Position numbers and translations under genes: made by a program
Shown: positions 37,448 to 64,000 of the stretch, piece after piece
How the letters are laid out: every line of letters begins with the position of its first letter
How positions within the stretch are numbered: position 1 is the first letter of the stretch
Assembly: GCA_951406725.2 (NCBI GenBank)
Contig: OX597824.1
Span: 98,270,001-98,334,000, forward strand
Source: Octopus vulgaris
Taxonomy: Eukaryota
DNA: 64,000 nt
Direction: 5' to 3'
Notes under the pieces: generated by a model
Told to the model about the DNA's origin: nothing
The model's input: only the letters and a program-made list of their open reading frames with translations
The model's database searches: none

Positions 37448-37826
37448 CTTTCTTTTATCTCTTGTTTCAGTCATTTGACTGTGGCCGTGCTGGAGCACCG
37501 CCTTTAGTCGCGCAAATCGAACCCAGGACTTATTCTTTGGAAGCCTAGTACTTATTCTATCGGTCTCTTTTGCCGAACCGCTTGGTTACGGGGACGTAAA
37601 CACACCATCATCGGTTGTCAAGCAATGTTGAGGAGACAAACACAGACACACAAACATATACACACACACATACATAGATACATTCGACGGGCTTCTTTCA
37701 GTTTCCGTCTACTAAATCCACTCAAGGCTTTGGTCAGCCCATGGCTATACTAGAAGACATTTGCTCGAGGTGCCATGCAGTGGGAATGAACCTGGAACCA
37801 TGTTGTTGGTAAGCAAGCTACTTACC
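37448..37826 (-). mobile_element. tRNA/CORE-like SINE, family B
   Basis: Reverse of ggagtggctgtgtggtaag...ccttgggcaagtgtctt...cagtcaaatgactgaaacaag. Confidence 0.85.
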
Positions 37827-38566
37827 ACACAGCCACTCCTGTGCCTAAAGAAATTTCGTTAAATTCTAGGAGACTGACCTGGCGTTTGATCGATTCCTGG
37901 CATACAAAGTAATTGGTTTAGAAGCAAAGGTTAGGGGTTTTTAAATCAAAATATATCTGTGATTCAACATTCCAACTTGGACAGACAAGGAAGCTAATCT
38001 AAAGTCTTCTTGCTAATTAAAGGTGATGACTAATTACCTATTTATCAGTCCTTCATTAAGACCACTAGCCCCCAATTCCCACCTGGAACCAAACACACAG
38101 ACCTATACAGATGGTATCAGTCACATCATACACACGCCTGCTTCAGTAGTTTTACAGCTGTTCTCTCACCTATAAGCCCACCTACACCTTCAGCGTACCT
38201 GAAGACAAAGAGGGTTCCAGGAATGGAGTAACTCAGCCTGAAAAGTATGTGGACCCTAGTATTTCTGGATATTTGTTTATACATGTTCAACAACTACCCA
38301 AAGGTAGCTGTGGGGCCTGTGTACACTCTACCCAACTCATCTCAGTCTACCTTGTTTACCATATTTTCAATTCCAGTCCGTTTTTCTCACACAATAGAAT
38401 TTCCTTGTTGGTCATAGGGTCCTGTGTTTCATAAACTTCTTTGAAGGGTTTTAAGTTGTATTCTGTATCTCTTTTGTAGGGTCCAGCTGTCATAATTGGA
38501 CCTCAAACAACATCTGACCATATATATTCTTGTCTCTGTTCCAGGAAGAATCTTCAGCCTTTCCAA

Positions 38567-57567
<19,001 letters not shown>

Positions 57568-59354
57568 AATGCTGATGGTGGGTGGGCAGGTTGAGGGGGT
57601 GTAGTTGTGTGTATATGTGAGTGTGTGTTAGTGTGCCCTGGGAGCTATGTATGTGAATTTGTGTGATCTGAGGGTGTGTGTGTGCATATGAGATCTGAGT
57701 ATTATGGTATTCTATTAAAGCTACTCATATATATCATCATCATTATTGTACAGCCATCTTATCATGGTACATACATACATGCTGCCGGTGGCACGTAAAA
57801 GCACCATCCGTTCGTAGCTGTTTGCCAGCCTGCGCTGGCTCCTGTGTCTGTGGCACGTAAAAAGCACCCACTACACTCACGGAGTGGTTGGAAGGGCATC
57901 CAGCCGTAGAAACACTGCCAGATCAGACTGGGCCTGGTGCAGCCTTCTGGCTTCACAGACCCCAGTTGAACCGTCCAACCCATGCTAGCATGGAAAGCGG
58001 ACGCTAAATGATGATGATTAATTTGAAGAAGTGAAGTCCTCATTAGGGATTATATAATTTTGATTCCTGAAAGGCGTTCGGAAGAGCTGATCACTCATTC
58101 GGCAGCAATGCCTCCTTTCAGCCTTGGTGCCATTTGTCTGCTTGTTTATTATAACTGTTCAAGGGTCACTTCACTCCTCCACACGGCTTGCAGGTTTCTG
58201 GACAGACGGTGGAAGAGAAACTGGTCATCTATATATATAGATATAGATATAGATATGGATAGATAGATATAGATATAGATGTGCATGCTTGTTTATGTAT
58301 GCCTCTATGTTTGATGTAGATGAAGCAGTTGTAGGTGGGGTGGGGGGTCGGCTTTACTAGTCATTGCACAATCAAATGCAGTTCTTTATTCTTCTATATT
58401 TTCTGTCCTGCATTATAAATATACATACATGCCCTATGAGTGTGTGTGTGTAGAGATGCATATATGTGCATTTGGTCTACAATAAAGAACCATTCATTGT
58501 TCATTTAAATAAATATGACACACACACACACACATGCATATATACATACACAAATATATACATGGTTATTTCTGAATCTACTACATCCTGTGTGTGTATA
58601 TGTTGGTATATATTTATAGAACTTGACTCATCAGCAACAACAACAACATTACCATCATCATCTTCGATGATGTCTTCTCTTTCATATATATATATACATC
58701 AGGTTGTGCTCTGATGTGTGTCTTGAGACAAGCCTTTTATCTGTACAGATATCTTATATTGCCTTTACTCATATGTAATGGTGTATTAAAGTATGGATTG
58801 AGTATCATCGGATAGTTGATGTTTTACTGATTTAAGTATGTTTCTCCATTCTCTAATTTTGTTGTATTATATATATACATATACACACAAATTCATATAC
58901 TCTCTCTCTCCCCCACTTTCTCTCTCTCTCTCTCTCTCTCTCTGCATGTATGGACATATGTGTGTGTTTGAGTACGTGTGTGTGTGTGTGTGTGTATATA
59001 TATTCAGCTGTTTGATATATATAGACTTCACCTCATTGGTTGTAGATGAATACATTGAATATTTATATTTTCTATCAATTTGTTGGACACAAATAAAAAA
59101 CTTCCTTTTTTTAATAAAAAAATTACTTCATTGTTGTCTTTTGATTCATTTGCAGCACAAATTCAACCTTCGTCTCTCACCATCATCATCATCGTCATCA
59201 TCCACTCAACACAAAGATTTGTAAGTTGACATCTGATGGACTGAATGACCACCAAAGTGAGAATCCATCTCAATAAAACCCCAAGATGACCAACCTCCTC
59301 CTCCTCATCATCAACACAACAAACCACATACTTTCGGTCAACCAATGTCATTAT

Positions 59355-59571
59355 CCTTTCATTTGTTTCAGTCATTAGATTGCGGCCATGCTGGGGCACC
59401 GTCGTGAAGAACTTTTGGTTGAATGAATGAACCCCTTGTTTTTCCCTTTTTAAGTTTGGTACTTATTTTATTGAGCTCTTTTGCCAAACTGCTAAGTTAA
59501 CATGGCTATAAACTCACTGACACAGATTGTCAGGCACTGTAGGGGGCAAACACAGACACTAAGAATACTCC

Positions 59572-59603
<32 letters not shown>

Positions 59604-60032
59604 TACGATGGGCTTCTTTCAATTTCTGTCTACCAAATCCTTTCACAAGTGAAATCATTGTGGCTCACGCCAGTACCACCTGACTGGCACCTGTGCTGGT
59701 GGCACATAAAAAGCACCATTCAAGTGTTGTCATTGCCAGTGGCACGTTAAAAGCACCCACTACACTCTCAGAGTGGTTAGCACTAGGAAGGGCATCCAGC
59801 TGTAGAAACCTTGCCAAATCAGATTGGAGCCTGGTGCAGCCTCCCAGCTCACCAGTCGTCAGTCAAACCATCCAACCCATGCCAACATGGAAAACAGACG
59901 TTAAACAAAGATGATGATGGTGAAGCTTTGGTCAACCCAAGGTTATAGTAGGAGACAATTGTCCAAAGTGCCATGCAGTGGGACTGAACCCAGAACCATG
60001 TTGGGAAGCTAACATTTTACCATGTAGCCATG
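59355..60032 (-). mobile_element. SINE family B split by a family C insertion (about 59650-59920, +)
   Basis: B sequence stops at ...ttcacaag (59648) and resumes at gctttggtcaac (59924). Confidence 0.7.
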
Positions 60033-61088
60033 CACTTCAGTGTAAACATGAACATTGAACACACAACTACCAGATTTCCTTGGGGATTGACTGCTTTTAC
60101 AAGAAAGGAGCCATTCACAATTACACAAAATAAAATGAGAAAAAAGAAGTAAACAGTTGACAGCACAACAATGTTTTATACAGAATTTGAGAAAAAAAAG
60201 TGAGAAGACTAATTAGTGAAAGTTTATTAATATCGAAATAAAAATATTCAGAGACAACAGATGTTAATTCAGCTGAACCATTTTTAAAACTGGTAGAAAT
60301 GGTTTTATCAGTTTTAACAGCATTCCCATGATCCTTTGCATGTGATCAGCTTATTGTAACCATTACTTCATCCTGATGATGAGGCTGAGGTATTGAAACA
60401 ATGGATTAATGGATTTAGCAATGCTTTTGTTCCAAACTAGATCTAAAGGACTAACAAAATGGGAAAAACATGGAACTAAAACATTATTGTGGTTTTAATG
60501 TATTTGAAAGAAAAGATGGCCTCGATTTACACAAAAATAGCCATAAGCCAAATTACAAAAAAGCCTGTAAATCAGTGTTTACAGCAACGAAGATGGAGGT
60601 GGGGGAAGTCTCTCATTTTCTCTTTCTCTCTCTCTTTTTCACCAGTTAAAGGGAGGTAATCGAATACTGAGGAAGCTTCCCAGTTGAAACTTGTCCATCT
60701 GATCCCCTTCACCTACACCAACATACTCAATGATTGCCCAGTAAAATAATAGCTACGTGGTTCAAATCAATGACAGTTATGTAGTGAACAATCGTTCCAC
60801 AGTTCAAATCCCACCAATAACCCTGCTTCTTTTTCTCTTCAAAACGATTTTTTTTTAAATGTTTACTCATCATTTATACTTTGTAATTAAATATCATTAA
60901 AAATATTTCATCAGAAATATTAAAGAAGTTCTATCAAAAATCTTCTGCAGAATAAAATGTTTCGGTTTTGTTGAGAAATAAAAGAAAAAAGAATTATAGA
61001 AGAAACCACAAAAAAAAATAGTCGTTGATGACAAATAAATGGTTTCTTATTCTCTCTTTCCAAAAAACCGTTTCCTTTTCATCTTTTA

Positions 61089-61237
61089 TTATGGTTTTGT
61101 TTTGGTGACATGAATCTCTTTGTCCTGTGGGGTACTGAATCTCTTCTGGTTTCGTCTGTGAGTTCTGGTAAATTCCATGTAGTCCAGGTAACCATCATCA
61201 TTGAGGTCATCTTTCTCAAAGACTTCGTCGATTATGT
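61089..61237 (-). CDS. MCFD2: MCFD2-like EF-hand protein, last exon (DIIDEVFEKDDLNDDGYLDYMEFTRTHRRNQKRFSTPQDKEIHVTKTKP*)
   Basis: tctctgacag| acceptor in phase with the previous exon; EF-hand 2 DD.N.DGY.DY.EF; TAA stop; minus-strand AATAAA near 60222. Confidence 0.8.
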
Positions 61238-61464
61238 CTGTCAGAGAGAGAGAGAAATCAATCAATAATGTTACACACACACACACACACACATTTCCAA
61301 TGATTGGCTAAAGGTCAATGATGAGGAATTCTGAATAACTATTACAGAAATTTTAGTTTCCACGCAATTAAGCATATGAACGTGTGTATGTGTGTGTGTA
61401 TACAGATATTTATGTCAGTATCATCATCAGTTTATATGTGTTTGTGTGTTTGTCTGTGTGTGTA

Positions 61465-61830
61465 TATAAAATAAAACACAAAATGGGACAAGAACGCAAA
61501 ACATCCGGACAACCAGGTGATACAAAAGGGGACAACAAAACATCCAGATAGACGACACAAAAAACGGACGGGTCATTCGAAGCCTTTAATCTTCAGTCAA
61601 GAACAGGATCATCCTCGCAATTTCGGCTGATTAATCTTGAGATTGCTCCAATCTGGCCAACCCCAAGGAAAAACTAAGCTAAGAGCATTAGATTCCTTGG
61701 AAAAAAAGCATCGAATGTATAAGAAAACAAGGATGGAAAAACAGACGATGTTACACGAATATAAATACAAAAATAATACAAAATAACAATAATAATAACA
61801 GGACATCACAACAGGCGTCTTTCGACTTGA
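61465..61830 (+). mobile_element. Penelope-like terminal fragment in the MCFD2-like intron
   Basis: gacaagaacgcaaaac...catccagatagacga...acgggtcattcg is the reverse complement of the family copy at 9877-9985; both lie next to (CA)/(TG) tracts. Confidence 0.5.
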
Positions 61831-61997
61831 GACAAATTGAATTCAGCTGGTGTGTTGGGAATTAAGCCTTACAGCAGAGGGAAGAAGGTTGATGTGGCAG
61901 TGACCGTGGTCAGATGCAAAAGGGCTAGCAGTTGGCTAACGGTCACGTGAGCAGAGAAGAGAGAGAAAAAGGAATCAAGGAGGAGGGGGAGAAGAGA

Positions 61998-62362
61998 GAG
62001 GAGTGGCTGTGTGGTAAGAAGTTTGCTTCCCCACCTCATGGTTCCAGGTTCAGTCCCACTGCATGGAGCTTTGAACAAGTATCTTCTATAGCCTTGTGAG
62101 TGGATTTGGTATATGGAAACTGAATGAAGCCCACCGTGTGTGTGTGGGTGTGAGTATGCATCTGTTTTTCCTCTCATCACTGCTTGACCACTAGTATTAG
62201 TGTGTTTACGACACCGATAACCTAGCAGTTCAGTAAAAGAGACTGATAGAGTAAGCACCAGGCTTAGAAAAGAAAAACCACTGAGGTCAGTTCATTTGAC
62301 TAAAGAAATTATTCAAGGTGTCGCCACAGCCTAATGACTGAAACAAGTAAAAAATAAAAGAT
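61998..62362 (+). mobile_element. SINE family B
   Basis: ggagtggctgtgtggtaag...aatgactgaaacaagtaaaa. Confidence 0.8.
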
Positions 62363-63305
62363 AGACATGTTAAGTGCTGACTGACAGAAAAAGATTATTC
62401 AACAAAAAAGCAGGGTTTAATAATAATTCATTCTGGTTCAGTCAGTCTGTGCCTTCTCTGAGTTGTGTCTTTGGGTGCCCAGGGAGTTACCACTTTCCCG
62501 AGGACCCCCTGCACTCACAGGAGAAACCCAGAACAGCAAGGGACTGACTGAATAAAATAGAATATATTTATATGTAATATATTGACCAAAGTATCCAGCA
62601 TTATAGATCCTTTGCACCTAATCTCACCAATCAGTTGGAACCAATTGGTAAGATCGGCAATAATGGATCTTTATTACTGTCTTGGGCAAGTCCTGTGTAT
62701 GAGAACCTTCTTCAACACTCTCTATACGACCTGGGGTGAGGAGCTGTACTCTCCCCTACAAGTAGATTACTGGGGCTTCAACTGCCATGGCTAGTCTTGA
62801 GATGAAACCATTGCAGTGGTTTCCTGTTGCCTTCTCCAGGCAGGTGGGATTTGAACTCAGAATGTAGAGAACTGGGAGGCGTACTGTAAAGCACTTCTGC
62901 GCACGTGTCAAGGATTCTATCACCAACACAGTGACATGAAATGAAGTGTCTTGCTCAAGATCACAATGCACCACTCAGTCCTAGAATCAAACCCACCATC
63001 TCAGGATTGTGAGTTCAGCACCCTAACCACTAGGCTACGTGCCCTTCACATATAAAACCCCAAACTTTGATCAATTTGCATAATTCATTGACAAATGTAC
63101 GAGTGCATATTTTTTCTGACTTTGGATTCTTATATGATTATATGTATAGGAGGGGGGTGGAGAAGCAATTAAGAGGGGGACAAAAGTGTAGCATTAGTAG
63201 TGGCAGTAGCAGCAGCAGCAGCAGCAGTAGTAGTGATGGTGGTGGTGGTGGTGGTGGTGGTGGTGATGGTTGTGGTGGTGGTGGTGGTGGTGGTGGTGGT
63301 ATTAC

Positions 63306-63490
63306 CTGTGTAGTAATGTATCACTTTCTCCTGCCTCTCTTTACGGATCTTCTTGATTTGATCTCGGGACTTGAGTTTCATTTCTTGCTCGCTTAACCCT
63401 GGAACGATGTCTTCGGTTGGCTGCGAATGGAACAAAGCAGCCAGGATTTCAAGACCATCGAGCAGCGTGTCGTTGTTTAAGTCATGTAAC
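63306..63490 (-). CDS. MCFD2: MCFD2-like EF-hand protein, penultimate exon (LHDLNNDTLLDGLEILAALFHSQ...KVIHYYT)
   Basis: tctcttccag| acceptor, ACAG|gtaata donor; EF-hand 1 HD.N.D.LLDGLE is characteristic of the MCFD2/CGREF1 family. Upstream exons lie beyond the window end. Confidence 0.8.
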
Positions 63491-63597
63491 CTGGAAGAGA
63501 GAAAGAGAGAAAGAGTGAGAGGAGTGATTGGTGGTGGGCGGAGGGGGGAGGGTATGCTATAGAACTGACCTCAGTCCACACACTGGTCTGTATAACT

Positions 63598-63806
63598 GTT
63601 ACTCTTTTACTCTTTTACTTTTTTCAGTCATTTGACTGCGGCCATACTGGAGTACCGCCTTTAGTCGAGCAACTCGACCCCGGGACTTATTCTTTGTAAG
63701 CCCAGTACTTATTCTATTGGTCTCTTTTGCTGAACCGCTAAGTGACGGTGATGTAAACACACCAGCATCGGTTGTCAAGCACATGCTAGGGGGACAGACA
63801 CAGACG

Positions 63807-63846
<40 letters not shown>

Positions 63847-64000
63847 TATATATGACGGGCTTCTTTCAGTTTCCGTCTACCAAATCCACTCACAAGGCTT
63901 TGGTTGGCCCGAGGCTATAGTAGAAGACACTTGTCCAAGGTGCCATGCAGTGGGACTGAACCCGGAACCATGTGGTTGGTAATCAAGCTACTTACCACAC
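63598..64000 (-). mobile_element. SINE family B (runs off the window end)
   Basis: Close match to 37448-37826. Confidence 0.85.

Noticed and set aside
60370-60415. Hammerhead-like CTGATGA...GAAAC between the convergent genes
   Set aside because: Stem II does not pair and there is no NUH/stem I; likely chance or too decayed.

Overview
Eukaryotic, AT-rich and microsatellite-dense DNA; the SINE families, microsatellites and gene structure look like an octopus (coleoid cephalopod) genome, which is an inference. Two spliced genes lie tail-to-tail. The first is a complete RIOX1/NO66 JmjC ribosomal oxygenase on + (18 coding exons, 38567-57567, 1860 nt CDS = 619 aa, all intron phases consistent, HxD...H iron triad intact), with a candidate CpG/E-box promoter and non-coding first exon near 36.0 kb. 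The second is the last two exons of an MCFD2-like double EF-hand gene on - (63490-63306 and 61237-61089), whose 5' part lies beyond the window. The first ~35 kb contain no recognisable host gene and are a mosaic of decayed elements: R4/Dong-type RLE LINEs, RTE, Penelope-like elements, mariner, DD37D maT, hAT MITEs, non-autonomous Helitron/Helentron elements and several tRNA-derived SINE families. Highlights are a cluster of Penelope-type minimal hammerhead-ribozyme motifs, some in inverted pairs and one pair with a compensatory stem change; a perfect 130-bp-arm hairpin inside a RIOX1 intron; a three-level transposon nest with an intact 8-bp TSD; and a 14 x 27-bp minisatellite. Nearly all ORFs in the supplied track are microsatellite or TE artefacts. 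I found no convincingly new protein system; the RNA-structure elements are the best leads.
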